IMG/VR virus record: IMGVR_UViG_3300025803_000088
Coordinates: 1-25,617 of that record
Direction: 5' to 3' (one strand)
Length of the DNA stretch: 25,617 bases
Source of the DNA: a virus
Taxonomy: Duplodnaviria > Caudoviricetes
Shown: positions 17,150 to 25,324 of the stretch, piece after piece
Layout of the letters: the number at the start of each line of letters is the position of its first letter
Position numbering within the stretch: position 1 is the first letter of the stretch
Translations under genes and position numbers: made by a program
Notes under the pieces: generated by a model
Database searches by the model: none
What the model was told of the DNA's origin: nothing
What the model saw: only the letters and a program-made list of their open reading frames with translations

Positions 17150-19271
17150 CCTTCCACACCTCTCCACACGCGAGGTTGGCTTTGTATTGCTTGGTTCGAG
17201 ATCCTTCTGGGACGTGCGAGACGATCAGCTGTTGAGATTCCAGCCTTTGGAGCGTTTTCTTGATGGCAGCAGGAGAGCCTGCAACCAAGCGATCCAGGAT
17301 CAAGTCATTTTTGGAGCGAGATTCAGGGTGAGCAACTCGAAGGCGGCTAAGAACCCGACCAGTCACTGACGCTGGAGCGGTGTCGTCGTCATCGACTTCA
17401 GGAGTGAAGTCTTCGATGTAGAAGTTGAGGTCTTCGTTCTGACCCAGCTTGAGCTTGGTCCCAGAGCGTCCACAACGGCTCTTCTCGATGAAGATGACCC
17501 GTTCATGCTTTTCGATCCGTTCGTCCTTCATGAGGCGGTTCTCAAGCTTCTTCTCGGCGCTATGGGGGTTGTGGAGCGCCCAGGTCTCATCAACGGCATC
17601 ACGGATGGCTGAGGTGCCACGGAAGCCACCGTTCTTGTTGGCGTGGTGGATGATCAAGATCGTGGTGGCTGGGAACAGATCACCGTTGTTCTTGGTCAAC
17701 CAGTACAGCGGTGTGGCGAAGTCAGACTTGTTCTCGTCAAATGCCTTGCCACCAGAGCATCCGATCAAGGAGTCGATGACCACCAGCTTGGGCTTGTAGG
17801 TCTCCATCAACTTGATGAACTGGGCGTAGCGCTGAAGCTGCCAGTCGGTCTGAATGAAGGTCTGATCGTTGATCGGGAAGTCGTTTTCAGTCAGCTGTTC
17901 TTTGAGCTGAATCAACGGTTGATCGCCATTCAAGAGAAGGACAGGGCCTTGCTCTACAGGAACCTCTGCGCCACGAACCTTGAAGGCTTTGCCGCTAACG
18001 ATGTGCTTAGCAAGGGTCCAAGCGGCTGTGGACTTGCCATCACCACCAGCGCCATAAATCAGGATCACTGAGGGGTGCGGAAGGACATCAGGGATCAAGT
18101 AGCCACGCTTGTCTTCCAGCTCCATGAGCTTTTCAACGGTCATCAGCGACTGCGCCTTCTCAAATGCGATCTGATCAACGATCAGTTTCTCAAGAGCGGA
18201 CTGATCGCGATAGCCAGCTTGAAGCGCAAGAGAGTTGAGCTTGTAGTTGACCTCAGCGGGGTTATCAATTTCAAGGATGCGCTTGGCACGCTTCATCACC
18301 TCCTCAAATTCAAGAGTTGCCTGGCGGTATTCAGTTACAACCTTGGCTTCTGCGGATTGAACGATCTGGGAGATGTCGTCTGAAAATCGTTTCCGTTGAG
18401 GATCCTCCCGGTCTGCAAGCCAGATCAGAGTTCCCAGGCCAACGCCATTGCCCTTAAAGGAGTACCAAGGCTCTTCACAAGGGTTTTCGTCCTCCCATTC
18501 AGAGGCGTAATCAGGATCTTCACAGGACCAAGCTGCCCAGAGGTGGAGTCCCAGATCATTGGGAAGGGCAGAGTGAATTGCCATCCCGATTTTGACCCAG
18601 TGATCACGGGTGCCTTTCCCTTGGGGCGTGATGACAGAAAGGCATTCATGAATGATCTGAGCGATTTCATCCTGAGTGCGATCGGAGAAGTCGAGATCTT
18701 TTTTGTTGATGGTGCGTGGAGGTTGCTTCATTTCTGCCAGCAACCAGTCAGGAGCTGTCGGGATGTTGTTCAGATCACCTTGTAAGAGGTATTGGCCAGG
18801 CTCGGAAACTTTGCCACCGGGGTAAGCACCACAAACAACGCCCTGACGCCCCCAGAGGATCTCGTAGTCTCCACCGTCTTCCTTACGGAGTCCATGACCC
18901 TTTACGTCGGCCCACAGTTCTTCAGGGACACGGAAGAGGTACTTGGCTGCGTTGGTTTTAGTAGAGAGAACTTTTGGAGCGTCATCCAGCGTGGAACCCC
19001 AAGCGTGCAGGTACTTCGAGAGGTTCCGGTCAACGTCAAGGATGACGATGCCATTGCCACGGATACCAGTGAAGACACCAACAGCCTGGAGGTCAGGGTT
19101 GCGTTGGATCGCGAGAGCTACATCAGCAGGTCCGAACTTCTGTTCGTAGCTGGCCTCTAAGGGGTTTTTACCTGTTGCAGGTTTGCCAGACAGCATTGAA
19201 GTGCCTTTGGCATAAATCGGTGCATATACCAGTCCTTCAGGAAGTGCCTTGACGAACTCTTGAAATTTCAT
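17010..19271 (-). CDS. Primase-helicase (Prim-Pol + PriCT-2 + RecA-like AAA_25 helicase)
   Basis: GIVILDVD (AEP acidic motif), DHWVKIGMAIH...W..WS (PriCT-2), GAGGDGKS Walker A, LVVIDSL Walker B, IIHHANK..GFRGTSA and a wHTH-like C-terminus. Confidence 0.9.
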   Translation of the reverse strand: MKFQEFVKALPEGLVYAPIYAKGTSMLSGKPATGKNPLEASYEQKFGPADVALAIQRNPDLQAVGVFTGIRGNGIVILDVDRNLSKYLHAWGSTLDDAPKVLSTKTNAAKYLFRVPEELWADVKGHGLRKEDGGDYEILWGRQGVVCGAYPGGKVSEPGQYLLQGDLNNIPTAPDWLLAEMKQPPRTINKKDLDFSDRTQDEIAQIIHECLSVITPQGKGTRDHWVKIGMAIHSALPNDLGLHLWAAWSCEDPDYASEWEDENPCEEPWYSFKGNGVGLGTLIWLADREDPQRKRFSDDISQIVQSAEAKVVTEYRQATLEFEEVMKRAKRILEIDNPAEVNYKLNSLALQAGYRDQSALEKLIVDQIAFEKAQSLMTVEKLMELEDKRGYLIPDVLPHPSVILIYGAGGDGKSTAAWTLAKHIVSGKAFKVRGAEVPVEQGPVLLLNGDQPLIQLKEQLTENDFPINDQTFIQTDWQLQRYAQFIKLMETYKPKLVVIDSLIGCSGGKAFDENKSDFATPLYWLTKNNGDLFPATTILIIHHANKNGGFRGTSAIRDAVDETWALHNPHSAEKKLENRLMKDERIEKHERVIFIEKSRCGRSGTKLKLGQNEDLNFYIEDFTPEVDDDDTAPASVTGRVLSRLRVAHPESRSKNDLILDRLVAGSPAAIKKTLQRLESQQLIVSHVPEGSRTKQYKANLACGEVWKVSPSGAYASADNGSDGGQQEGDTLSCPHLMNGAVEIELSEEEQGQI

Positions 19272-19278
19272 GTAAGAT
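19249..19278 (+). promoter_or_regulatory. Sigma70-like promoter antisense to the primase start
   Basis: TTGACG (19249-19254), N18, TAAGAT (19273-19278). Confidence 0.5.
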
Positions 19279-19283
19279 TGGAA

Positions 19284-19343
19284 CGGAATGTGAAACCAAC
19301 CCGATCTGCCCCTTGATCTCCAGGGCGGGTCGGGTCTTTTTTT
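19284..19343 (+). ncRNA. Candidate counter-transcribed antisense RNA to the primase leader
   Basis: Bounded by the promoter above and a + strand terminator; contains no ORF; fully overlaps the predicted primase 5' UTR. Confidence 0.5.
19299..19343 (+). terminator. Rho-independent terminator (+ strand specific)
   Basis: 13-bp stem ACCCGATCTGCCC/GGGCGGGTCGGGT with two G-U pairs that form only on the + strand RNA, followed by T7. Confidence 0.75.
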
Positions 19344-19386
19344 ATCCTACCGAAGGTTGACGATGGGGTCAATCGCGTCTTACACT
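19344..19386. promoter_or_regulatory. Overlapping divergent sigma70-like promoters (primase leftward, SSB-like gene rightward)
   Basis: Leftward TTGACC (19372-19367), N17, TAGGAT (19349-19344). Rightward TTGACG (19357-19362), N18, TACACT (19381-19386). Confidence 0.65.
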
Positions 19387-19432
19387 GCTTAGGCGTCTTT
19401 ATTGGCGCGACAACCCGCTACACAATCCCACG

Positions 19433-20038
19433 ATGAAGTTCTCCGCCGAATTGATGGCTCTTGCCGAGAACGAAAGCTCTGGCAAGTCCTCTGCTGATAA
19501 CTACCTTCGTTATACGAAGCTGGAGTCTGGCAAGCCTGTCAACTTTGCTCTGCTTGACGAGGATCCCCTTGAGTATTGGCTCGCTTGGGGCGAAGCGAAA
19601 GCTGATGGTTCAATGCGTCCTTTCCGGTTCCTGACTGAACCGAGCGAGGATGACATTGAAGCTGAGTTCGGTCCTGAGTTCACTCAGTGCCTCAACTATG
19701 AGCGCACTGGCCCTCGTAAGCCGAACAAGTGCTGCACCTATCCGGTTTACAACTGGGACATGAAGTGCGTACAGGTGCTGGAGGTTTCTCACATCACCGT
19801 GATCAAGCAGTTCATGAAGTACGGCTTGAACAAGAAGTACGCCCGCAACATCCTGGACTGGGACTTCGAGCTGTCCAAGATCTCTGGCGATCGGACGCGC
19901 TATGAGCTGATGCCTGTTCCTCGTGATGAGGATGAGCACGATGAGGACGAAATGGCCAAGGACTGGAAAGCAGCTCAAAAGGCTGGTTTCGACCTGAACC
20001 GGATCGTGGCTGGCGGTGATCCTTTCAGTGATAGCTGA
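19433..20038 (+). CDS. Probable ssDNA-binding / recombination-associated protein
   Basis: Aromatic-rich beta core (NYLRYTKL, YWLAWGE, YPVYNWD, WDFELSK, TRYELMP), acidic C-terminus ending GGDPF; divergent from the primase. Function is inferred. Confidence 0.55.
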   Translation: MKFSAELMALAENESSGKSSADNYLRYTKLESGKPVNFALLDEDPLEYWLAWGEAKADGSMRPFRFLTEPSEDDIEAEFGPEFTQCLNYERTGPRKPNKCCTYPVYNWDMKCVQVLEVSHITVIKQFMKYGLNKKYARNILDWDFELSKISGDRTRYELMPVPRDEDEHDEDEMAKDWKAAQKAGFDLNRIVAGGDPFSDS

Positions 20039-20063
20039 ATAGGTTTACACAACTAAAACGATT

Positions 20064-20086
20064 AGGGGCTTGACAGCCCCTTTTTT
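20064..20086 (+). terminator. Rho-independent terminator overlapping a promoter
   Basis: AGGGGCT-tgac-AGCCCCT plus T-run; overlaps TTGACA (20070-20075), N18, TACATT (20094-20099). Confidence 0.75.
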
Positions 20087-20130
20087 CGTGGCTTACATTG
20101 CCGATGTCTCTCTCTCATGGCTCTCTAGCT

Positions 20131-20784
20131 ATGCAGTCTTCTCAAAAGCAACAAGGGCTTTCCCAAGGAAGCGCCGTAGTGCGTCTCGTGGACATTGCGC
20201 CTGAAGGCAAAAAATGGGCAAAGGGAATCTTTGCTCAGGACACTCCTGAAGTCGCAAACCAAGCAACGTTTGTATGGCCTGACGACAGTCGCAGTTTTGA
20301 TCTGCACGATCTGTTCGTTAAGCACCAAGCGAGTCAAGCCGAAAAAGGTTGCTTGATTCCGTCCGGCATTGACATCATCGTTTATCAGATTCGGCCTGCT
20401 GGTGCTGGAGCGACCCAGTGGAAGGCAAGTGCAATGCCTTTGGACTGGCAGCCCCAAGAGGTAGTGGACTTAATTGTTCCGCCTACTGAAGCGATCAAAG
20501 AGTTTCGTGAACCTACTGGTGTAGAGGCTCTGCTTCAAAAGACCGATTTCGCCACTAAAGCCATGAAAGCTGTGGCGCGTGCGCTTGAAAAGGATCCCAA
20601 CGGTGTAAAGCCTTGGACTTTGACCGGAGTTACTTGCGAAGGCAAGCAGGCTCACATGATGCGTGAACTGGGCATTGAATTTGGGGTTACCCAGCGTGGG
20701 CTCCTTGCCAATATGGTTGTCCATGAGTATTTGAGTCTGGTGGAGGATCACCTCCGCGATTCAGCTGACGCCAACCCTTTCTGA
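20131..20784 (+). CDS. Hypothetical protein (start uncertain, 20098-20131)
   Basis: Long open frame downstream of the predicted promoter; no motif recognised. Confidence 0.7.
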   Translation: MQSSQKQQGLSQGSAVVRLVDIAPEGKKWAKGIFAQDTPEVANQATFVWPDDSRSFDLHDLFVKHQASQAEKGCLIPSGIDIIVYQIRPAGAGATQWKASAMPLDWQPQEVVDLIVPPTEAIKEFREPTGVEALLQKTDFATKAMKAVARALEKDPNGVKPWTLTGVTCEGKQAHMMRELGIEFGVTQRGLLANMVVHEYLSLVEDHLRDSADANPF

Positions 20785-20794
20785 GGTTCAGGCA

Positions 20795-21508
20795 ATGTTT
20801 GAATCAAAGAGAGTTACTCGCGACGAGCAAGTCCTCGTCATCGACGATGCTGAGCTGACAGGCATCACCAGTTCCGGCAAGGACAAAGGCTTTGTCGTCA
20901 ATTTTGTGATGGAGCGTGAGGGTGTGGAGACGCATCTTCATGTGCATCTGTCTCGTTCTCACCTTGAAGCGATCAGGGATGCACAGGTTTTAACTGTGCC
21001 TCAGCTTCGAGCTGTTCACGCTAAGGCTGCTAAGGCAGAGGAGGTCTCGAAAGAGCCCCCAAAGCCCGAAGTTGAAGTGGTTGAGGTTCCAAAGAACACC
21101 CCGGTCAAAATCGAGACCAAGGTGACGGTATTGGAACCCGGTCCTGCTGAACAGGTCAACTGGAAGGATCCCAAGCTCAAGACACCACCGAAACGTCAGC
21201 AAGAGTCTCGCCGTCTTTCTAACAAGGAGGTTGAAGAAATGATGCACCAAGTGTTTCGGTGGTTTACCCGGTGGCGTCACAACAAAGGCCGCAACCGGAA
21301 GCATTCGTCACTGGAGCGTTATTTGCATGTAACGCTGCCCAATCAGTTTGGGATCACGCTGGAAGTTGCCAAAGGTATTTATCGTGGAGATAAGTATCGA
21401 AGCGTTAGCGGTGGCTATCGCAACCAGTGGGGCATCTTCATCCACAACTTAAAAAAGAGTGGGATAGAAAGCGAATTACCGTTTTACCTACTCAAAAAGT
21501 ACAGCTAG
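20795..21508 (+). CDS. Hypothetical protein (beta N-terminal domain, Pro/Glu/Lys linker, basic helical C-terminal domain)
   Basis: 237 aa ORF with GAGGT SD-like sequence upstream and a terminator downstream. Confidence 0.75.
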   Translation: MFESKRVTRDEQVLVIDDAELTGITSSGKDKGFVVNFVMEREGVETHLHVHLSRSHLEAIRDAQVLTVPQLRAVHAKAAKAEEVSKEPPKPEVEVVEVPKNTPVKIETKVTVLEPGPAEQVNWKDPKLKTPPKRQQESRRLSNKEVEEMMHQVFRWFTRWRHNKGRNRKHSSLERYLHVTLPNQFGITLEVAKGIYRGDKYRSVSGGYRNQWGIFIHNLKKSGIESELPFYLLKKYS

Positions 21509-21531
21509 GGGCCTTGTGCCCCTCTTTTTTT
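21507..21531 (+). terminator. Rho-independent terminator overlapping a promoter
   Basis: AGGGGC-cttgt-GCCCCT plus T7; overlaps TTGTGC (21514-21519), N17, TATATT (21537-21542). Confidence 0.7.
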
Positions 21532-21562
21532 ATGTATATATTAGTTTCGGGAAGGAGTGCCT

Positions 21563-21724
21563 ATGAAACCGCCCGACACAGTTACAACATTCATGGAGGA
21601 CGGTTGTGTCTCTGTGACTGTGGGTAATCTGACCGGGGTTGTTTCGAGCGCTCATCTCGTGGAGCCCAAGGAAAATCAGCTCCGTCAAAGGTGGCTGGAA
21701 GAAAACGCCATTCATGACGACTGA
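21563..21724 (+). CDS. Hypothetical 53-aa protein; not in the ORF track
   Basis: MKPPDTVTTFMEDGCVSVTVGNLTGVVSSAHLVEPKENQLRQRWLEENAIHDD*; strong SD (GAAGGAG) upstream; overlaps the nuclease start. Confidence 0.7.
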   Translation: MKPPDTVTTFMEDGCVSVTVGNLTGVVSSAHLVEPKENQLRQRWLEENAIHDD

Positions 21725-22535
21725 AACTGATCCGCAGAACATTTTGGCTTCACTGCGTCAATGGCAGTTGGAGCAGGACAATTCAGGCAGGTTCAGGGTT
21801 TACAGGGATCAACATGGGCAGATTTATCACTCTGTCACGCATATCCTGAAGAACACAGCCCCTCAATCACAGAAGGATGCTTTGGAGCGTTGGGCACAGC
21901 GAGCTGGCAGTGCTTTGGAGCGTGACCTTGCTTGTAACCGTGGCACCGTTGCTCATGAGCATTGTGAATATGTTCTCAAGACCGCAGCAAAGTTGGCTCG
22001 ACAGAGCGCTAACAAGAAGGGTTCATGGAAGGTCTGGGATGATGGATTGGCTCGCCCTCCAAAGGCGATCACCAGTTGGGCACTCAAGAAAGCGAAGGAA
22101 AGTTCGCCAAAGGTTGCATGGCCAGCCCGTGAGTACGCCAGAGGTTTATCCGACTGGTTGGTGAGTGGCACAGTAACGGCGATTCACGCATCAGAGTTCA
22201 GCGTCAGCAGTGATGAAGGGTTTGCTGGAACGGCAGACGCTTTGATCGACACGCCATTGGGTTTGACGATCTGCGACTTCAAGACGACGAGCCGTGGGAC
22301 TGACAAACCAGAAGCATGGCTAAAGGATCATCAGGACCAGCTCGGTGCTTATAGCTTGGCGTTACGAGAGCGAGCTGGGATCCGTGTTGATGCTGGAGCG
22401 GTAGTGATTGCGAAACCGGATGGCAATGTCCAGCTACGAATGTTGTCAGAGCTTGAGATGAGAGGTTGTGAAGCTCGATGGACGGAGCGGAACAACTTGT
22501 ATAAGGAGATGTTGTTGAGCGGCGAGGTTATGTAG
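21714..22535 (+). CDS. PD-(D/E)XK exonuclease (Cas4/RecB-like, phage type)
   Basis: YHSVTHIL, RGTVAH, SEF...FAGTADAL...ICDFKT, QLGAY motifs. Confidence 0.85.
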   Translation: MTTETDPQNILASLRQWQLEQDNSGRFRVYRDQHGQIYHSVTHILKNTAPQSQKDALERWAQRAGSALERDLACNRGTVAHEHCEYVLKTAAKLARQSANKKGSWKVWDDGLARPPKAITSWALKKAKESSPKVAWPAREYARGLSDWLVSGTVTAIHASEFSVSSDEGFAGTADALIDTPLGLTICDFKTTSRGTDKPEAWLKDHQDQLGAYSLALRERAGIRVDAGAVVIAKPDGNVQLRMLSELEMRGCEARWTERNNLYKEMLLSGEVM

Positions 22536-22720
22536 TGGAGGAAGCATTTGATCTGCTGTATCGCGGCAAATGCAACGTTTGTGTTGCAGCAAAAAAAGCA
22601 GGCGTCTCACCGGAAGAGATGAAACGCCTGTTCAGAGGTTATGTAGCGGAGCGTCCAATCAATGTGAACGATCCGGATGTGTGGCTAGGAGACGTGGAGC
22701 TAGGTTGGCCCTGGGTTTGA
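22535..22720 (+). CDS. Small HTH-like protein
   Basis: NVCVAAKKAGVSPEEMKRLF resembles an HTH; GTG start overlaps the upstream stop. Confidence 0.6.
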   Translation: MEEAFDLLYRGKCNVCVAAKKAGVSPEEMKRLFRGYVAERPINVNDPDVWLGDVELGWPWV

Positions 22721-22873
22721 TCTAACGTTTACCAGCTCCCAAGGCATTGCTGGATCATGGAGTCCTTGGAGCCATTCGATGACCGTTAGCTTGCTGCGTG
22801 CGTCTTCTTCACTGGAAGCCTCAATGGCATTTTCCATGTGATAGAAGTAAGAATAAAAAACGTAGAAAGCCAT
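22700..22873 (-). CDS. Hypothetical protein
   Basis: MAFYVFYSYFYHMENAIEASSEEDAR...; TGATG coupling to the upstream gene; contains the phage-typical IEA.SEE.A motif. Confidence 0.55.
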   Translation of the reverse strand: MAFYVFYSYFYHMENAIEASSEEDARSKLTVIEWLQGLHDPAMPWELVNVRSNPGPT

Positions 22874-23067
22874 CAAGTGCATTCCTCCATGGCTCTACGT
22901 TCGTAATAACGCTTGAGGCGAAGGCAATCGTTGGCGCGGACGTAGTTCCCCCATTCTTCAAAGATGACTGCCCGAGCTGCTTCATAACGGATAGCAGTAG
23001 GCAGGAGATCTGTTGGAACGCGGGAACCGGAAGGTGAGAACTTGTTGCCGTTGAGTTTGGTGCTCAT
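22873..23067 (-). CDS. Hypothetical phage protein
   Basis: 64 aa; coupled at both ends within the leftward array. Confidence 0.7.
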   Translation of the reverse strand: MSTKLNGNKFSPSGSRVPTDLLPTAIRYEAARAVIFEEWGNYVRANDCLRLKRYYERRAMEECT

Positions 23068-23348
23068 TGGTTGTACTTGCGGTTGTAAGCGGCAGTGTGC
23101 ATTTCATCCAGGGTTACTGGAGGTTCACCACCAGAGTTGTCCCAAAGGTATTGGGGCGTTGGATCGAAGTCCAGTTCATTTTCCAGTTGGGGGATAATTT
23201 CATCTTCCAGAAGCATCCGCATGGAAGTGGTGAGATGTTGATCCATCATGTGAAGTCTGTCTTCACGAGCGATAACACCTTTGAGAATTTCTAGAGCACG
23301 TTCAATCTTTTTTGTTTCGGGCTCTTGGACGGGGCGGTAGTGGTACAT
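23064..23348 (-). CDS. Hypothetical phage protein
   Basis: TGATG-coupled start; C-terminal FDPTPQYLWD..GGEPPVTLDEMH motif. Confidence 0.7.
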   Translation of the reverse strand: MYHYRPVQEPETKKIERALEILKGVIAREDRLHMMDQHLTTSMRMLLEDEIIPQLENELDFDPTPQYLWDNSGGEPPVTLDEMHTAAYNRKYNQ

Positions 23349-23620
23349 CACCATTCGACCTCTTGAATGAGTTGGTTAAGGGTTTTCAGGGATTGGAGAC
23401 TGGAGAGCTGACGCTGACCATCGCTGAGAGCCTTCTGCAAAGCATCAGGATCAGCGGTACGGACGGCTTGCTCCATCTCTTGTTGAATGAGCTTGAAGCA
23501 AAACTCAAGACGTTCTGCGGGGTTGTAGCTGAGATGAGTTGAAGCTCTGGACTTCTGTCCACCAAGGATGAGACAGAGGAGTTGATTGATGGAGCGGTGA
23601 CAGTCTTGACGGGTAATCAT
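23348..23620 (-). CDS. Hypothetical helical protein
   Basis: 90 aa; ATGA coupling. Confidence 0.7.
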   Translation of the reverse strand: MITRQDCHRSINQLLCLILGGQKSRASTHLSYNPAERLEFCFKLIQQEMEQAVRTADPDALQKALSDGQRQLSSLQSLKTLNQLIQEVEW

Positions 23621-23781
23621 TTGAGGTTGCGGTTACGTTCAGCAGCGTCAGGGATCGAGTTGTAGTAGTCGTCCCATTCGGCTTGGCGTTGACGTTCTTC
23701 AATCTCCTCGTCCGACAGTGGCGGCCAAGGGTCAAGTTCAAAGCCAAGAAGCTCTGGATCGTCGTTGCGGATGATGGTCAT
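23617..23781 (-). CDS. Hypothetical acidic protein
   Basis: MTIIRNDDPELLGF...SIPDAAERNRNLK; ATGA coupling at 23778-23781. Confidence 0.65.
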   Translation of the reverse strand: MTIIRNDDPELLGFELDPWPPLSDEEIEERQRQAEWDDYYNSIPDAAERNRNLK

Positions 23782-23996
23782 TTTTTTGTAGTGAAGGAAT
23801 ACTTGTCCACCATGCGGCGACAGCCTTGGCATGTCACAGCACACCATGAGAAGTGATAGACACGATTCTCATGGCCACAGTGTGGACATTTGATCAACCT
23901 GCCAAAGGAGTTGGCACGGGTGTACCGAGTGACAGGTTGCCAATCGGATGTTGTTGGAGCGGTGGAGCTGATGAGGCGATTGGGGAAATAGGTCAC
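23778..23996 (-). CDS. Small zinc-ribbon protein
   Basis: CPHC...VYHFSW...CQGC (two CxxC motifs). Confidence 0.7.
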   Translation of the reverse strand: MTYFPNRLISSTAPTTSDWQPVTRYTRANSFGRLIKCPHCGHENRVYHFSWCAVTCQGCRRMVDKYSFTTKK

Positions 23997-24349
23997 GATT
24001 CGAGTTTGGCGATAGTTGCTTGGAGCGTTGCGGGATCATTGGTGCCAAAGGGGCTTTTCCGCAGAGGAACAGAGTCCCAAATCTCAGCGCACATCGGCAA
24101 AGGGAGTTCGTAGGCATCCACCTCGTCGCAATCGGGATCGTTGTGGAACAACCACTTGCCGACGATTGCGATTTCGTCTGGAGCGACATCCATGCCAGTG
24201 CGTTCGCCCAGGGCGATTGCCATGGATTCGCGTTGATCTGTTGTGAGCTTGGTTGGAGTCATTGGAGGAATAATTTCACCAGTGGACAGGGAGTGGATGT
24301 AACAGTCTGGGTTTGCATCAGCCCAGGCTTGTAGGAGAGGGTTGGTCAT
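23993..24349 (-). CDS. Hypothetical protein
   Basis: Likely start MTNPLLQAW at 24349; coupled to the downstream gene. Confidence 0.65.
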   Translation of the reverse strand: MTNPLLQAWADANPDCYIHSLSTGEIIPPMTPTKLTTDQRESMAIALGERTGMDVAPDEIAIVGKWLFHNDPDCDEVDAYELPLPMCAEIWDSVPLRKSPFGTNDPATLQATIAKLES

Positions 24350-24372
24350 TGGAACGGGATGAGACAAAGGTC

Positions 24373-24729
24373 TCAATAGTTTTGAGACTGATTACCGCCC
24401 ATGCGGTGGAGACGCTCGAAGGCTCTGGAGAGTTGCATCAGCTCTTGCACGTTGTGCTGTGCTGAAGCTTCCATCCAAGCTTGCTCAAGGTCACGGAGCA
24501 TGGCGTCACGCTGTTCGATCAGTGGTGTTGGATCGGTGTCAGCATCAAGCTGGATGTTTTCAGCATCCATCTCAGCACTGGCAGTTTCAACATCACGGAA
24601 GCTGGTTGCGCGACTCATGCCAAACAAGCGTTCTAAGCGCAGAGCAACTGCCCCTGGCCTGTAACCAAGGCTTAGAAGGCGCTTGGCTTCCCGGACGTGT
24701 TTGGCTTTGGTGTCATTGGAACGTTTCAT
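24373..24729 (-). CDS. HTH-domain DNA-binding protein
   Basis: AKRLLSLGYRPGAVALRLERLFGMSRATSFRDV is HTH-like; likely start MKRSNDTK. Confidence 0.65.
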   Translation of the reverse strand: MKRSNDTKAKHVREAKRLLSLGYRPGAVALRLERLFGMSRATSFRDVETASAEMDAENIQLDADTDPTPLIEQRDAMLRDLEQAWMEASAQHNVQELMQLSRAFERLHRMGGNQSQNY

Positions 24730-24781
24730 AGAATGAGGGACAATGGAGCGGAGCAGGCTTGGCCTTGACTCCACTGATAAA

Positions 24782-24810
24782 ATCTTACAGGAACAATCCA
24801 ATCAAGGCAA
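24782..24810 (-). promoter_or_regulatory. Sigma70-like promoter for the leftward small-gene operon
   Basis: TTGCCT, N17, TAAGAT on the minus strand. Confidence 0.5.
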
Positions 24811-24821
24811 TCAACTCATTC

Positions 24822-25007
24822 ATGGCTGATTCAACCCCTACCAAGACCATTCACTTCTGCCCTGATGAATGGGCTCTCCTTCTGGAAGCTCTCCATTCAT
24901 ACAAGGACACTAATGATGGCCGTCGAGTTGCCGGTCGCCTCAACTGGGTTCGAGCCAAGCTGGAAGACTGTCGTTCTGAAGAATGCCTTATCCGGCTTAG
25001 CGCATAA
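24822..25007 (+). CDS. Hypothetical 61-aa protein
   Basis: MADSTPTKTIHFCPDEWALLLEAL...; ends at a hairpin. Confidence 0.6.
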   Translation: MADSTPTKTIHFCPDEWALLLEALHSYKDTNDGRRVAGRLNWVRAKLEDCRSEECLIRLSA

Positions 25008-25029
25008 AAAAAGCCCCGTTATGGGGCTT
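25006..25029 (-). terminator. Terminator between convergent genes
   Basis: A7 followed by AAGCCCC-gttat-GGGGCTT. Confidence 0.7.
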
Positions 25030-25032
25030 CAT

Positions 25033-25284
25033 TCATAGATAGAACGTGAACTCCAGGCAGTCGCAAGCCTTGATCCCATAAGGTTGCGCGTCGTGATACT
25101 TGCTAAAGAATGGTTCTTCAGAACAAGTAACGATCGCACCCTCTCCAATGTCATTCATGAATTCATCAATGACTGCTATCTCAGCATCACCGGCTCCAGC
25201 ATCATTCAAGCTGAATGATGTTGCGTCTCCGTTGATAAGATAGCTAGCCCAATGTGCGGGCAGATCATACTTTTCAGTGATCAT
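25033..25284 (-). CDS. Hypothetical phage protein
   Basis: MITEKYDLPAHWASYLINGDATSF...FFSKYHDA; pattern typical of small early phage genes. Confidence 0.7.
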   Translation of the reverse strand: MITEKYDLPAHWASYLINGDATSFSLNDAGAGDAEIAVIDEFMNDIGEGAIVTCSEEPFFSKYHDAQPYGIKACDCLEFTFYL

Positions 25285-25287
25285 AAG

Positions 25288-25312
25288 AAAAGCCCCGGCG
25301 ATTAAGCCGGGG
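25288..25312 (-). terminator. GC-rich hairpin, weak terminator or translational control element
   Basis: CCCCGGC-gattaa-GCCGGGG with a short U-tract on the minus strand, just before the ATG at 25284. Confidence 0.45.
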
Positions 25313-25324
25313 GATAAGGTGCAT

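Noticed and set aside
17449-19160. Several long + strand ORFs within the primase
   Set aside because: Antisense shadows of a well-supported gene, with no motifs or plausible starts.
21714-22535. Cas4-like nuclease as evidence of a CRISPR system
   Set aside because: No repeat-spacer array or other cas genes, and no Cas4 Fe-S cysteine cluster; stand-alone PD-(D/E)XK nucleases are common in phage replication modules.
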